Source: Escherichia coli (GTDB lineage: Bacteria > Pseudomonadota > Gammaproteobacteria > Enterobacterales > Enterobacteriaceae). From it: 64,000 nucleotides of DNA. A program made the translations under genes and the position numbers. Shown here in pieces: positions 1 to 15,526 of the stretch (position 1 is its first letter; the number at the start of each line of letters is the position of its first letter). The stretch lies in NCBI RefSeq assembly GCF_009931435.1, contig NZ_CP043414.1; one strand, 5' to 3'. The notes beneath the pieces were generated by a model, which was given only the letters and a program-made list of their open reading frames with translations, made no database searches and was not told the DNA's origin.

Positions 1-214
1 GGAAGTCCGGCGCGCTTTATACCACAAATACGTCGTGGACACCAATAATTGTTGGCGCTGTGTACAGCATCAGACGATGAATTTTCTATTATAGAAAACG
101 TTCAGTGGCACGTTTGGCGAAATTCAGAATGATTCTCAATTTGCCCGGGTGTGATACCATTGACGACACTTACATATATATTGTCGGTATCACCGACGCT
201 GATGGACAGAATTA

Positions 215-1009
215 ATGGCTATCTCAATCAAGACCCCAGAAGATATCGAAAAAATGCGCGTCGCTGGCCGACTGGCTGCCGAAGTGCTGGAAATGATCGA
301 ACCGTATGTTAAACCGGGCGTCAGCACCGGCGAGCTGGATCGCATCTGTAATGATTACATTGTTAATGAACAACACGCGGTTTCTGCCTGCCTCGGCTAT
401 CACGGCTATCCGAAATCCGTGTGTATCTCTATTAATGAAGTGGTATGCCACGGTATCCCTGACGACGCCAAGCTGCTGAAAGATGGCGATATCGTTAACA
501 TCGACGTCACTGTAATCAAAGATGGTTTCCACGGCGATACCTCAAAAATGTTTATCGTCGGTAAGCCAACCATCATGGGCGAACGTCTGTGCCGCGTAAC
601 GCAAGAGAGTCTTTACCTGGCGCTGCGCATGGTAAAACCGGGCATTAATCTGCGCGAAATCGGTGCGGCGATTCAGAAATTTGTCGAAGCAGAAGGCTTC
701 TCCGTCGTTCGTGAATATTGCGGACACGGTATTGGTCGCGGCTTCCACGAAGAACCGCAGGTGCTGCACTATGACTCCCGTGAAACCAACGTCGTGCTGA
801 AACCGGGGATGACCTTCACCATCGAGCCAATGGTCAACGCGGGCAAAAAAGAGATCCGCACCATGAAAGATGGCTGGACGGTAAAAACCAAAGATCGCAG
901 CTTGTCTGCACAATATGAGCATACTATTGTGGTGACCGATAACGGCTGCGAAATTCTGACGCTACGCAAGGATGACACCATCCCGGCGATAATCTCGCAC
1001 GAAGAATAA
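215..1009 (+). CDS. map: methionine aminopeptidase
   Basis: 264-aa ORF with the type I MetAP fold sequence; followed by an intrinsic terminator; synteny with glnD. Confidence 0.95.
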   Translation: MAISIKTPEDIEKMRVAGRLAAEVLEMIEPYVKPGVSTGELDRICNDYIVNEQHAVSACLGYHGYPKSVCISINEVVCHGIPDDAKLLKDGDIVNIDVTVIKDGFHGDTSKMFIVGKPTIMGERLCRVTQESLYLALRMVKPGINLREIGAAIQKFVEAEGFSVVREYCGHGIGRGFHEEPQVLHYDSRETNVVLKPGMTFTIEPMVNAGKKEIRTMKDGWTVKTKDRSLSAQYEHTIVVTDNGCEILTLRKDDTIPAIISHEE

Positions 1010-1013
1010 GATG

Positions 1014-1038
1014 AAGCCGGCGAATGCCGGCTTTTTTA
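1014..1038 (+). terminator. rho-independent terminator after map
   Basis: GC stem AAGCCGGC/GCCGGCTT with 4-nt loop followed by a T-run, 5 bp after the map stop. Confidence 0.75.
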
Positions 1039-1052
1039 ATACGATAATTTAA

Positions 1053-3743
<2,691 letters not shown>

Positions 3744-3773
3744 TGTGTTTACTGATATGAAAAGAGTTTAACA

Positions 3774-4598
3774 ATGCAGCAGTTACAGAACATTATTGAA
3801 ACCGCTTTTGAACGCCGTGCCGAGATCACGCCAGCCAATGCAGACACCGTTACCCGCGAAGCGGTAAATCAGGTGATCGCCCTGCTGGATTCCGGCGCAC
3901 TGCGTGTAGCGGAAAAAATTGACGGTCAGTGGGTGACGCATCAGTGGTTGAAAAAAGCGGTGCTGCTCTCTTTCCGTATTAATGATAATCAGGTGATCGA
4001 AGGGGCAGAAAGCCGCTACTTCGACAAAGTGCCGATGAAATTCGCTAACTACGATGAAGCACGTTTCCAGAAAGAAGGCTTCCGCGTCGTGCCACCAGCG
4101 GCAGTGCGTCAGGGCGCGTTCATTGCCCGTAACACCGTGCTGATGCCGTCTTACGTCAACATCGGCGCATATGTTGATGAAGGCACCATGGTTGATACCT
4201 GGGCGACCGTCGGTTCCTGTGCGCAGATTGGTAAAAACGTCCACCTTTCCGGTGGCGTGGGTATCGGCGGCGTGCTGGAGCCGCTGCAGGCTAACCCGAC
4301 CATTATTGAAGATAACTGCTTCATCGGCGCACGCTCTGAAGTGGTTGAAGGGGTGATTGTCGAAGAAGGTTCCGTCATCTCTATGGGCGTATACATTGGT
4401 CAGAGCACCCGTATTTACGACCGTGAAACCGGCGAAATCCACTACGGTCGCGTTCCGGCGGGGTCTGTGGTTGTGTCAGGTAATCTGCCGTCGAAAGATG
4501 GCAAATACAGCCTCTACTGTGCGGTTATCGTTAAGAAAGTTGACGCGAAAACTCGCGGCAAAGTTGGTATTAACGAACTGCTGCGTACCATTGACTAA
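3774..4598 (+). CDS. dapD: 2,3,4,5-tetrahydropyridine-2,6-dicarboxylate N-succinyltransferase
   Basis: 274-aa ORF with hexapeptide-repeat left-handed beta-helix sequence; synteny. Confidence 0.95.
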
Positions 4599-4910
4599 AA
4601 GTATGTACACGGGCAGCACGACGCTGCCCGATTGCTTTCTGGTTCAGAATAATTCGTCCTACTCATTCTTCTTCCCCTTTTTTAAATACTTTTTCATCTT
4701 GTTTCGGACTGTCATGTAATTCGCAAAACAAAGATAAATGTGCTAATCCATCCCATGGAATATCGCCAGAATAAAGCAGGTAATTTTTTGATTTTTACGC
4801 CATGATAGAAGTCTGGAAGAAAAAGGCTTTCTGCGATCACAGTCGAGCCGGGCGGGCCAGGCCAAATGCTAAAATAAGCACAATTTACTGACTCATTTTG
4901 AGGTAACGCT

Positions 4911-5297
4911 ATGTACGACAATCTGAAAAGTCTGGGTATTACCAATCCTGAAGAAATTGATCGTTACAGCCTCCGGCAGGAAGCCAACAACGATATTCTG
5001 AAAATCTATTTCCAGAAAGACAAAGGCGAGTTTTTCGCCAAGAGCGTGAAATTTAAATATCCACGTCAGCGCAAAACGGTCGTCGCTGATGGTGTGGGTC
5101 AAGGTTATAAAGAAGTACAGGAAATCAGCCCGAACCTGCGGTATATCATTGATGAACTTGATCAAATCTGCCAGCGTGACCGCAGCGAGGTCGATCTTAA
5201 GCGTAAGATCCTCGACGATTTACGTCACCTGGAATCAGTCGTCACTAACAAAATCAGCGAGATTGAAGCCGATCTGGAAAAACTGACGCGTAAATAA
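4911..5297 (+). CDS. yaeH: UPF0325/DUF3461 family protein YaeH
   Basis: 128-aa ORF recognised as YaeH; conserved neighbour of cdaR. Confidence 0.85.
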   Translation: MYDNLKSLGITNPEEIDRYSLRQEANNDILKIYFQKDKGEFFAKSVKFKYPRQRKTVVADGVGQGYKEVQEISPNLRYIIDELDQICQRDRSEVDLKRKILDDLRHLESVVTNKISEIEADLEKLTRK

Positions 5298-5309
5298 TGT
5301 CATTCTGTG

Positions 5310-5342
5310 GGCCGGGTAAAGTCTCACCCGGCTGTAATTTTG
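5310..5342 (+). terminator. candidate intrinsic terminator after yaeH
   Basis: stem GCCGGGT...ACCCGGC followed by TGTAATTTT. Confidence 0.45.
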
Positions 5343-5350
5343 TAATCGAC

Positions 5351-6508
5351 CTACCGCTCTTCATCTAGTTGCAGCGCCACATACAGCAGCAACCTGTCAT
5401 CAAAATTGCCCAAATCAAGCCCGGTCAGTTCCGATATACGATTAAGCCGATACTCAAGAGTATTACGATGAATAAACAACGCCTTTGACGTTGCCAGCGG
5501 TTGCACATTGTGGCGAAACCACGCCGCCAGCGTTCGCCGCAGCAAGCCGTTATTGTCCATCGCTTTCAGCCGCGCCAGCGGTCGCGCCAGTTCGTTGGCC
5601 TGCCAGTCGCCACGCAAACTGTCTAGCAACACAGGCAACATCAAATCCTGATAAAAATAGCAGCGACTTTCGGGCATCCGCTGTTTACCCACCACCATCG
5701 TCGTTTTCGCCGTACGATAAGAGCGGGCAATACTGCCTGGTCCGGTAAAATAGTTACCCAGCGAAACGCGAAAACGTAGCTGACCATACTCTTTCATGCG
5801 GGCAATCAGTTGTTCAACTCGCTTACGATGATCTTCTGCATCCCAGCGCCCAAACGAATTCAACGCCGGTTTCAACACCACCATTTCGGTCAGTGAAACA
5901 ATCGCCACCAGATTATTACGCTCGGGCGTAGTCAGCGCGTTTTGCAGTTGCTGTAACTCCGCCATTGCGCTATCCACGCCAAGTTGACCGCTATCGACCT
6001 CAACAATAGCCACCACTCGCGGTTGATTGAGATCGATCCCCAACCGTTGCGCCCATTCAGTGAGTGCGGGAGTATTCTCCTCCGCCTGAATCAGGTTCAT
6101 CACCAACTCTTCCCGCAAACGGCTATCCTGCGCCAACAGATGCATCAACCGCGACTGTTCCAGCATCATTTCAGCCGTCATGCAGACCAGTTCGCCATAT
6201 TTACGCAGATTCTCTGGTTCACCAGTCAGGCCGATTACGCCGACAATTTCACCTTCCAGCCGTAATGGTAGATTAATCCCCTGCCGCACACCGTGCAGAT
6301 GACGTGCCACCGCGTCATCGATATCGACGACTCGTCCCTGTGAAAGTACCAGCAATGCACCTTCGTGCAATTCACCAATACGCTCACGATCGCCGCTGCC
6401 GATAATACGCCCGCGGGCATCCATTACGTTAATATTGGTATCAATGATGCGCATGGTGCGCGCCACGATATCCTGCGCCATTTTGGTATCAAGATGCCAG
6501 CCAGCCAT
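5351..6508 (-). CDS. cdaR: carbohydrate diacid regulator (CdaR/SdaR)
   Basis: ORF 5351..6526; start placed at MAGWHLDT (385 aa); C-terminal PucR-type HTH. Confidence 0.9.
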   Translation of the reverse strand: MAGWHLDTKMAQDIVARTMRIIDTNINVMDARGRIIGSGDRERIGELHEGALLVLSQGRVVDIDDAVARHLHGVRQGINLPLRLEGEIVGVIGLTGEPENLRKYGELVCMTAEMMLEQSRLMHLLAQDSRLREELVMNLIQAEENTPALTEWAQRLGIDLNQPRVVAIVEVDSGQLGVDSAMAELQQLQNALTTPERNNLVAIVSLTEMVVLKPALNSFGRWDAEDHRKRVEQLIARMKEYGQLRFRVSLGNYFTGPGSIARSYRTAKTTMVVGKQRMPESRCYFYQDLMLPVLLDSLRGDWQANELARPLARLKAMDNNGLLRRTLAAWFRHNVQPLATSKALFIHRNTLEYRLNRISELTGLDLGNFDDRLLLYVALQLDEER

Positions 6509-6627
6509 AAGTCCTCCGTTATGCACGGCTTAGCATAAGGAAGTACGTAACGTACGGCATTGTGCAAATGCCCAAAGGATGAGGAAGATGTATGGAGTTG
6601 TGGTGAAGTTCACAGATTGTAAGGAGA

Positions 6628-6655
6628 ACCCCTTCCCGTTTTCAGGAAGGGGTTG
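6628..6655 (-). terminator. stem-loop downstream of degP
   Basis: perfect 10-bp palindrome AACCCCTTCC/GGAAGGGGTT 8 bp after the degP stop; no clear U-tract. Confidence 0.4.
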
Positions 6656-6662
6656 AGGAAGA

Positions 6663-8087
6663 TTACTGCATTAACAGATAGATGGTGCTGTCGCCGCGCT
6701 GAATATTCAGTGCCAGCACAGACGGTTTGCTGTCGAGAACTTTACGCAGTTCAGCGATGTTTTTCACTGCCTGCTGGTTCGCACCAATAATCACATCACC
6801 TTTCTTCAGGCCGATCTGCGCAGCTGGAGTGCCCGTTTTCACGTTGTTCACCACCACGCCCTGATCTTTGCCTTTGTTGCTCATCTCAGCGCCTTCAATG
6901 CCGTTGAAGATGGTGCTGGAATCAACCTGATTCTGGCTGCTCTGCTGCAGTTCCAGGTTCACGTTAACCTGCTTCCCGTCGCGCAGTAAGCCCAGGGTCA
7001 GTTTGCTGCCTACCGGCATAGTGCCCACCTGAGCACGCAGTGCGGCAAAGCTGCTGATTGGCTTACCGTTCAGTGAGGTGATCACATCACCCGCTTTAAT
7101 GCCCGCTTTCGCGGCGGAAGAATTCGGCAGAACCTGGCTTACGAAAGCACCGCGCTGGGCGTCAACTTTCATCGCTTTCGCCAGATCGGAGTTCAGCTCA
7201 GTCCCCATAATACCCAGCTCACCGCGTTTCACCTGGCCGTATTCCACCATCTGCGAGGTCAGGTTTTTCACCATGTTACTCGGGATAGCAAAACCGATAC
7301 CGATGTTGCCGCCGTCCGGTGCGAGGATCGCGGTGTTGATACCGATCAGTTCGCCGTTCAGGTTAACCAGCGCACCACCGGAGTTACCACGGTTGATCGC
7401 AGCATCGGTCTGGATGAAGTTTTCATAGTTTTCGGCATTCAGACCGCTACGCCCCAGCGCAGAGACAATCCCGGAAGTTACCGTCTCACCCAGACCAAAC
7501 GGGTTACCAATTGCTACGGTGTAATCACCCACGCGCAGTGCATCAGAATCCGCCATCTTAATTGCGGTCAGATTTTTCGGGTTCTGGATCTGGATCAGCG
7601 CGATATCAGAGCGCGGATCTTTGCCAACCATCTTCGCGTCGAACTTACGACCATCGCTCAGCTGGACTTTAATCACCGTCGCGTTATCAACAACGTGGTT
7701 GTTGGTGACGACATAGCCTTTATCGGCATCAATGATGACGCCGGAACCCAGCGCCATGAATTTCTGTTGCTGGCCGCCGCCATTACCGCCCTGGCCCCCC
7801 TGGCAGAACGGAGAGCTCTGGAACGGAGAACCTTCCTGGCAGAACGGAGAATCATCACCGAAGAACTGCTGGAAATTACGCGGCATACGCGGCGTATTAA
7901 CGGTTGTGCTACCTTCTACGTTAATGCTGACCACTGAAGGCATCACCTTTTCGAGCATCGGTGCAAGGCTTGGCATCTGCTGGGCTGTCGTTGCTGAAGA
8001 AGTCTCAGCCGCCGTTGCAGAGAGCGGAGATAACGCCAAACCTAAACTCAGAGCCAGTGCACTCAGTGCTAATGTGGTTTTTTTCAT
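6663..8087 (-). CDS. degP: periplasmic serine endoprotease DegP/HtrA
   Basis: 474-aa ORF with signal peptide, trypsin-like catalytic region (GNSGGAL) and two PDZ domains. Confidence 0.95.
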   Translation of the reverse strand: MKKTTLALSALALSLGLALSPLSATAAETSSATTAQQMPSLAPMLEKVMPSVVSINVEGSTTVNTPRMPRNFQQFFGDDSPFCQEGSPFQSSPFCQGGQGGNGGGQQQKFMALGSGVIIDADKGYVVTNNHVVDNATVIKVQLSDGRKFDAKMVGKDPRSDIALIQIQNPKNLTAIKMADSDALRVGDYTVAIGNPFGLGETVTSGIVSALGRSGLNAENYENFIQTDAAINRGNSGGALVNLNGELIGINTAILAPDGGNIGIGFAIPSNMVKNLTSQMVEYGQVKRGELGIMGTELNSDLAKAMKVDAQRGAFVSQVLPNSSAAKAGIKAGDVITSLNGKPISSFAALRAQVGTMPVGSKLTLGLLRDGKQVNVNLELQQSSQNQVDSSTIFNGIEGAEMSNKGKDQGVVVNNVKTGTPAAQIGLKKGDVIIGANQQAVKNIAELRKVLDSKPSVLALNIQRGDSTIYLLMQ

Positions 8088-8132
8088 GTATTTCAGTCTC
8101 GATTAACAGATAACGCAAAATTGCTGTGTTCT

Positions 8133-8160
8133 TCAGATTCGTTTTATAGCGCGAAGTTCC
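8133..8160 (-). promoter_or_regulatory. sigmaE-type promoter upstream of degP
   Basis: on the minus strand GGAACTT, 16-bp spacer, TCTGA, about 45 bp upstream of the degP start; GTAAA-type CpxR half-sites lie further upstream. Confidence 0.55.
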
Positions 8161-8216
8161 GAACTAAAGTTTCTGCAAAAGGTAAAAATTTATTGTTCGT
8201 CTTTACAAAAGCCTGG

Positions 8217-9734
8217 TTATTGTTCTACGGCCATCAGACGTCGGTATTCATCCCAGGCATAGAGGTCGGTCATACCGCTGATATAATCCTGCAGCAGGCG
8301 GCAACGGTAATAATATTCCCATAGCGGAAACTCAGGAGAATCTGACGGTAATTTACTGACAGCCTCGACATAGGCCAGCCGATGGCGCGTCGAGAGTTTG
8401 TGGAATAAGCGCGATTCAATAGGGAAACGTTTCACCCGTTCTTTTTCTACCAGTTCAGTAAAGTCTGATAACGACAGGCTTAATAAAGGGCGATAAATCT
8501 CTAATAATCCGCTAATGACCCGATAGCCCTGCAATTCAAGCTGCTCGACATCTGGATGGCTAAACACATGTTTTACAGCGACATTTTTATATAGCTTTAG
8601 AAGATCGCTGCATTCGCTGGCATCTTCCAATAATGCATGATTAAACGTTCCGGCGAAAATCGCAGGCAGATTATCAATAAATCGTTGTGCCGCGTAGGGT
8701 ACCAGTTTATTTAGGGTGTTTACCCGTAAATACATAAAAAACTGATCTTCCGTACTGCGGCTTAAACTATTTGAGCGTGATTTTTCCCAGGCATTTTCAA
8801 CCACCAGCGAAAAGAGCGAACCTTTCTCATGCTGGCCCCACGCTTCGTGCAAATGATGATAAAGCTGCTCAACGCTGAATATTCTTTTCTCTACCGCATC
8901 TTCAAGATCTGCCACACAATAGGAGATGTCGTCGGCAGCTTCCATAATCCACGTTAATGGAAAACGACTGTAAAGCGCCAAATTAAGTTCTTTACGCAAC
9001 CGGGCAATATAGGCTTCTTCAGAAAGATAATAACCCGGCTTTTTCATTAAATAGTGATGTGTCTCAGGCGTTTCACCACGCCACCACGCCGGACGAGTAT
9101 ATTTTAAAATACCGCCAACCTGTGCCCAGGTGAGATTCATCCGCATCAATGTATGCACCAGACGAATGCCTTGTGCATTCCCCTCAAAATGACATAAGTC
9201 CTGACGTATTTTGCGCCGCAGCTCGTTAAGCGGTTCTTCCCCGTCCCGTAAACGTAGTGCTGCCACGCTGCAGCGATCGTCAGTCAGAGGCTGGCTTTCG
9301 GCATCAGCCGGATACAAACGCTGGCGAAACCAGTCATTTATCGCCGCTTCGCCAAAATGGCCAAACGGCGGATTGCCGATATCGTGCATCAGGCATGACA
9401 TCTCAACAATACTTTCAAAAGGGCCGGTCAGTTCATCCAGACCATACTCTTCCAGTAATTTAAGCTCTTTCAGACGGCTTAAAATTTCTTTGGCGATGTA
9501 GCGCCCCACCTGCTGGACTTCCATTGAATGGGTAAGACGCGTGCGCACGGCGGCATTTCGCTCCAGCGGAAAAACCTGGGTCTTTTGTTGCAGACGACGA
9601 ATTGCCGGAGAGTTGATAATACGCCCGCGATCGCTCTCAAAGATTCGCAGGATCTCATGTTCGGTTTTAACGCCCTGTGGTGAACGGTAACGACGATGCC
9701 AGTTTATTTTTTTTCGGAAATCAATCTGTGCCAT
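8217..9734 (-). CDS. dgt: dGTP triphosphohydrolase
   Basis: 505-aa ORF with HD-domain motifs ([10 protein letters not shown]). Confidence 0.93.
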   Translation of the reverse strand: MAQIDFRKKINWHRRYRSPQGVKTEHEILRIFESDRGRIINSPAIRRLQQKTQVFPLERNAAVRTRLTHSMEVQQVGRYIAKEILSRLKELKLLEEYGLDELTGPFESIVEMSCLMHDIGNPPFGHFGEAAINDWFRQRLYPADAESQPLTDDRCSVAALRLRDGEEPLNELRRKIRQDLCHFEGNAQGIRLVHTLMRMNLTWAQVGGILKYTRPAWWRGETPETHHYLMKKPGYYLSEEAYIARLRKELNLALYSRFPLTWIMEAADDISYCVADLEDAVEKRIFSVEQLYHHLHEAWGQHEKGSLFSLVVENAWEKSRSNSLSRSTEDQFFMYLRVNTLNKLVPYAAQRFIDNLPAIFAGTFNHALLEDASECSDLLKLYKNVAVKHVFSHPDVEQLELQGYRVISGLLEIYRPLLSLSLSDFTELVEKERVKRFPIESRLFHKLSTRHRLAYVEAVSKLPSDSPEFPLWEYYYRCRLLQDYISGMTDLYAWDEYRRLMAVEQ

Positions 9735-9817
9735 GTCCTCTCCCGCGTGAGAAATACGCTTCCCCGTAAGCGCATGGTAAACTATGCCTTCAAATCGGGC
9801 TTATCGCGAGTAAATCT

Positions 9818-10516
9818 ATGAAAATCGGCATCATTGGTGCAATGGAAGAAGAAGTTACGCTGCTGCGTGACAAAATCGAAAACCGCCAAACTATCAGTCT
9901 GGGCGGTTGCGAAATCTATACCGGCCAACTGAATGGAACCGAAGTTGCGCTTCTGAAATCGGGCATCGGTAAAGTCGCTGCGGCACTGGGTGCAACTCTG
10001 CTGTTGGAACACTGCAAGCCAGATGTGATTATTAACACCGGTTCTGCCGGTGGCCTGGCGCCAACGCTGAAAGTGGGCGATATCGTTGTCTCGGACGAAG
10101 CACGTTATCACGACGCGGATGTCACGGCATTTGGTTACGAATACGGTCAGTTACCTGGCTGCCCGGCTGGCTTCAAAGCTGACGATAAACTGATCGCTGC
10201 CGCTGAGGCCTGCATTGCCGAACTGAATCTTAACGCTGTACGTGGCCTGATTGTCAGCGGCGACGCTTTCATCAACGGTTCTGTTGGCCTGGCGAAAATC
10301 CGCCACAACTTCCCGCAGGCCATTGCTGTAGAGATGGAAGCGACGGCAATCGCTCATGTCTGCCACAATTTTAACGTCCCGTTTGTTGTCGTACGCGCCA
10401 TCTCCGACGTGGCCGATCAACAGTCTCATCTTAGCTTCGATGAGTTCCTGGCTGTTGCTGCTAAACAGTCCAGCCTGATGGTTGAGTCACTGGTGCAGAA
10501 ACTGGCACATGGCTAA
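9818..10516 (+). CDS. mtnN: 5'-methylthioadenosine/S-adenosylhomocysteine nucleosidase
   Basis: 232-aa ORF recognised as Pfs/MtnN. Confidence 0.95.
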   Translation: MKIGIIGAMEEEVTLLRDKIENRQTISLGGCEIYTGQLNGTEVALLKSGIGKVAAALGATLLLEHCKPDVIINTGSAGGLAPTLKVGDIVVSDEARYHDADVTAFGYEYGQLPGCPAGFKADDKLIAAAEACIAELNLNAVRGLIVSGDAFINGSVGLAKIRHNFPQAIAVEMEATAIAHVCHNFNVPFVVVRAISDVADQQSHLSFDEFLAVAAKQSSLMVESLVQKLAHG

Positions 10517-11309
10517 GTCACTGTTCAGGGCGCTGGTCGCCCTGTCTTTTCTCGCCCCTCTGTGGCTCAACGCCGCACCGCGCGTCATCACGCTTTCACC
10601 CGCCAACACTGAACTTGCTTTTGCCGCCGGGATCACGCCGGTTGGGGTCAGCAGTTATTCCGACTACCCTCCACAAGCGCAAAAGATTGAGCAGGTTTCA
10701 ACCTGGCAGGGGATGAATCTCGAACGCATTGTGGCCCTTAAACCCGATCTGGTGATTGCCTGGCGTGGAGGTAATGCCGAGCGGCAGGTTGGCCAGTTAG
10801 CTTCGCTGGGAATAAAAGTGATGTGGGTCGATGCGACAAGCATTGAACAAATTGCCAATGCGTTACGTCAACTGGCCCCCTGGAGTCCACAACCAGACAA
10901 GGCCGAACAAGCCGCACAATCCCTGCTGGACCAGTACGCACAATTGAAAGCGCAATATGCTGATAAACCTAAAAAACGTGTTTTTCTGCAATTCGGCATT
11001 AATCCGCCATTTACCAGTGGAAAAGAGTCGATTCAAAACCAGGTACTCGAAGTTTGTGGCGGAGAAAACATCTTTAAAGACAGCCGGGTTCCCTGGCCGC
11101 AAGTTAGCCGCGAACAGGTGTTAGCACGCGCGCCACAGGCGATTGTCATTACAGGCGGACCGGACCAAATTCCTAAAATCAAACAATACTGGGGTGAACA
11201 GCTCAAAATTCCCGTTATTCCTCTCACGAGTGACTGGTTTGAACGTGCAAGCCCACGTATTATCCTCGCTGCACAACAGCTCTGTAATGCGCTTTCACAG
11301 GTAGATTAG
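10509..11309 (+). CDS. btuF: vitamin B12 periplasmic binding protein
   Basis: ORF 10482..11309; start placed at MAKSLFRAL with signal peptide (266 aa); overlaps mtnN 3' end by 8 nt. Confidence 0.9.
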   Translation: MAKSLFRALVALSFLAPLWLNAAPRVITLSPANTELAFAAGITPVGVSSYSDYPPQAQKIEQVSTWQGMNLERIVALKPDLVIAWRGGNAERQVGQLASLGIKVMWVDATSIEQIANALRQLAPWSPQPDKAEQAAQSLLDQYAQLKAQYADKPKKRVFLQFGINPPFTSGKESIQNQVLEVCGGENIFKDSRVPWPQVSREQVLARAPQAIVITGGPDQIPKIKQYWGEQLKIPVIPLTSDWFERASPRIILAAQQLCNALSQVD

Positions 11310-11346
11310 CGCCTGATCTTTTCAGGTGCTCAGTGGGGATTGAACA

Positions 11347-11970
11347 ATGCTCGTCTATTGGCTGGATATAGTCGGCACAGCGGTATTTGCCATCTCCGGC
11401 GTTTTGTTAGCCGGAAAATTGCGTATGGACCCTTTTGGTGTTCTGGTACTGGGCGTGGTTACCGCAGTAGGCGGCGGGACAATTCGCGACATGGCGCTGG
11501 ATCACGGCCCGGTCTTTTGGGTGAAAGATCCCACCGATCTGGTTGTTGCAATGGTGACCAGCATGCTGACGATCGTGCTGGTGCGCCAGCCAAGACGCTT
11601 ACCGAAATGGATGTTGCCGGTGCTGGATGCCGTTGGTCTGGCGGTGTTTGTCGGCATTGGCGTGAATAAAGCCTTTAATGCGGAAGCCGGTCCGTTAATC
11701 GCGGTTTGTATGGGCGTCATTACTGGCGTTGGCGGCGGGATCATTCGTGATGTACTGGCCCGCGAAATCCCCATGATTTTACGCACAGAAATCTACGCAA
11801 CGGCCTGTATTATCGGCGGTATTGTCCACGCTACGGCTTATTACACATTTTCCGTACCACTGGAAACAGCCAGTATGATGGGCATGGTCGTGACGCTATT
11901 GATTCGGCTGGCGGCTATTCGTTGGCATCTTAAGCTACCGACGTTTGCGCTGGATGAGAATGGGCGTTGA
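11347..11970 (+). CDS. yadS: UPF0126 inner-membrane protein YadS
   Basis: 207-aa hydrophobic ORF with duplicated glycine-rich motif (GGGTIRD / GGGIIRD). Confidence 0.85.
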   Translation: MLVYWLDIVGTAVFAISGVLLAGKLRMDPFGVLVLGVVTAVGGGTIRDMALDHGPVFWVKDPTDLVVAMVTSMLTIVLVRQPRRLPKWMLPVLDAVGLAVFVGIGVNKAFNAEAGPLIAVCMGVITGVGGGIIRDVLAREIPMILRTEIYATACIIGGIVHATAYYTFSVPLETASMMGMVVTLLIRLAAIRWHLKLPTFALDENGR

Positions 11971-11979
11971 AGAGAGAAG

Positions 11980-12006
11980 ATGTGCCGGATAGTTTATCCG
12001 GCACAT
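11980..12006. terminator. hairpin between convergent yadS and erpA
   Basis: 11-bp inverted repeat ATGTGCCGGAT/ATCCGGCACAT with 5-nt loop; no strong U-tract. Confidence 0.4.
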
Positions 12007-12016
12007 GAACAACAGA

Positions 12017-12361
12017 TTAGATGCTGAAGGAAGAACCGCAACCGCAGGTGCTTTTCGCGTTCGGGTTGGTCACGATGAAACGAGAACCTTCCAGACCTTC
12101 GGTATAGTCAACGGAACCGCCGACCAGATATTGCAGGCTCATCGGGTCAACCACCAGGCCAACGCCCTGTTTTTCGATGGTCATATCGCCTTCGTTCACC
12201 TGATCATCAAAGGTGAAACCATACTGGAAGCCGCTGCAACCGCCACCGGTGATATACACGCGTAATTTCAGATTCGGGTTATCTTCGTCAGCGATCAGGC
12301 TTTTAACTTTGTTGGCTGCTGCGTCGGTAAACTCCAGCGGCAGTGCTACGTCATCACTCAT
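12017..12361 (-). CDS. erpA: iron-sulfur cluster insertion protein ErpA (A-type carrier)
   Basis: ORF 12017..12394; start placed at MSDDVALPL (114 aa); C-terminal CGCGSSF motif. Confidence 0.92.
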
Positions 12362-12442
12362 ATTTTGCTCCAAACGACATCGGCAATTGGGCAAATTCTA
12401 ACCCAATAATAATCGCCATTATCTAATACCCTGGTATTTCGT

Positions 12443-13882
<1,440 letters not shown>

Positions 13883-14088
13883 TCATACAAATAAGATGAC
13901 GGCATTTTACTCGCACGTTCCATGAAAATCCTTTGCAAAGCGTAATGTTTCAAATGTACAAAACTTTTATACTCTACGAAATCAGGATTGCACCAGCAGA
14001 AGCAACCTGACGTTTGACGAGTATTTAACTTGTTATGAATAAAATAGAATAGCAGCCATTCACTTTTTCTACGAATCAGGAACCCTCC

Positions 14089-15369
14089 ATGAGTAAGTCT
14101 GAAAATCTATACAGCGCAGCGCGCGAGCTGATCCCTGGCGGTGTGAACTCCCCTGTTCGCGCCTTTACCGGCGTGGGCGGCACTCCACTGTTTATCGAAA
14201 AAGCGGACGGCGCTTATCTGTACGATGTTGATGGCAAAGCCTATATCGATTATGTCGGTTCCTGGGGGCCGATGGTGCTGGGCCATAACCATCCGGCGAT
14301 CCGCAATGCCGTGATTGAAGCCGCCGAACGTGGTCTGAGCTTTGGCGCACCGACCGAAATGGAAGTGAAAATGGCGCAACTGGTGACCGAACTGGTGCCG
14401 ACGATGGATATGGTGCGCATGGTGAACTCCGGCACCGAAGCGACGATGAGCGCCATCCGCCTGGCCCGTGGTTTTACCGGTCGCGACAAAATCATTAAAT
14501 TCGAAGGTTGCTACCACGGTCACGCTGACTGTCTGCTGGTAAAAGCCGGTTCTGGCGCACTCACTTTAGGCCAGCCAAACTCGCCGGGCGTTCCGGCAGA
14601 TTTCGCCAAACATACATTAACCTGTACTTATAACGATCTGGCCTCTGTACGCGCCGCGTTTGAGCAATACCCGCAAGAGATTGCCTGTATTATTGTCGAG
14701 CCAGTAGCAGGCAACATGAACTGTGTTCCGCCGCTGCCAGAGTTCCTACCGGGTCTGCGCGCACTGTGCGACGAATTTGGCGCATTGCTGATCATCGATG
14801 AAGTGATGACCGGTTTCCGCGTGGCGCTGGCTGGCGCGCAGGATTATTACGACGTGGTGCCAGACCTCACCTGCCTGGGCAAAATCATCGGCGGTGGAAT
14901 GCCGGTAGGCGCATTCGGGGGTCGTCGTGATGTGATGGATGCGCTGGCCCCAACCGGTCCGGTCTATCAGGCGGGTACGCTTTCCGGTAACCCGATTGCG
15001 ATGGCAGCCGGTTTCGCCTGTCTGAATGAAGTCGCGCAGCCGGGCGTTCACGAGACGCTGGATGAGCTGACAACACGTCTGGCAGAAGGTCTGCTGGAAG
15101 CGGCAGAAGAAGCGGGAATTCCATTGGTCGTTAACCACGTTGGCGGCATGTTCGGTATTTTCTTTACCGACGCCGAGTCCGTGACGTGCTATCAGGATGT
15201 GATGGCCTGCGACGTCGAGCGCTTTAAGCGTTTCTTCCATATGATGCTGGATGAAGGTGTTTACCTGGCACCGTCAGCGTTTGAAGCGGGCTTTATGTCT
15301 GTGGCGCACAGCATGGAAGATATCAATAACACCATCGATGCTGCACGTCGGGTGTTTGCGAAGTTGTGA
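14089..15369 (+). CDS. hemL: glutamate-1-semialdehyde 2,1-aminomutase
   Basis: 426-aa ORF, class III aminotransferase sequence. Confidence 0.95.
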   Translation: MSKSENLYSAARELIPGGVNSPVRAFTGVGGTPLFIEKADGAYLYDVDGKAYIDYVGSWGPMVLGHNHPAIRNAVIEAAERGLSFGAPTEMEVKMAQLVTELVPTMDMVRMVNSGTEATMSAIRLARGFTGRDKIIKFEGCYHGHADCLLVKAGSGALTLGQPNSPGVPADFAKHTLTCTYNDLASVRAAFEQYPQEIACIIVEPVAGNMNCVPPLPEFLPGLRALCDEFGALLIIDEVMTGFRVALAGAQDYYDVVPDLTCLGKIIGGGMPVGAFGGRRDVMDALAPTGPVYQAGTLSGNPIAMAAGFACLNEVAQPGVHETLDELTTRLAEGLLEAAEEAGIPLVVNHVGGMFGIFFTDAESVTCYQDVMACDVERFKRFFHMMLDEGVYLAPSAFEAGFMSVAHSMEDINNTIDAARRVFAKL

Positions 15370-15382
15370 TCCAGCATGGTTT

Positions 15383-15470
15383 GTCGGATGCGGCGTAAAC
15401 GCCTTATCCGACCTACAGATCAGGACCGTTTGTAGGCCCGATAAGACGCCACAGCGTCGCATCGGGCATC
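15383..15470. repeat. REP pair (BIME) in the hemL-fhuB intergenic region
   Basis: GTCGGATGCGGCGTAAACGCCTTATCCGACCTAC and inverted GTAGGCCCGATAAGACGCC...GCATCGGGCATC match the REP consensus. Confidence 0.8.
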
Positions 15471-15526
15471 CGTTGCCGCGTAAAAGCTTTATCCATCCAG
15501 GAGTTAAGGGCCGTTATATGGAAAAA

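Noticed and set aside
1-214. Region upstream of map at the window edge, considered for a small RNA or divergent promoter
   Set aside because: The window starts inside this intergenic region, so the context is incomplete; nothing could be supported from the 214 bp available.
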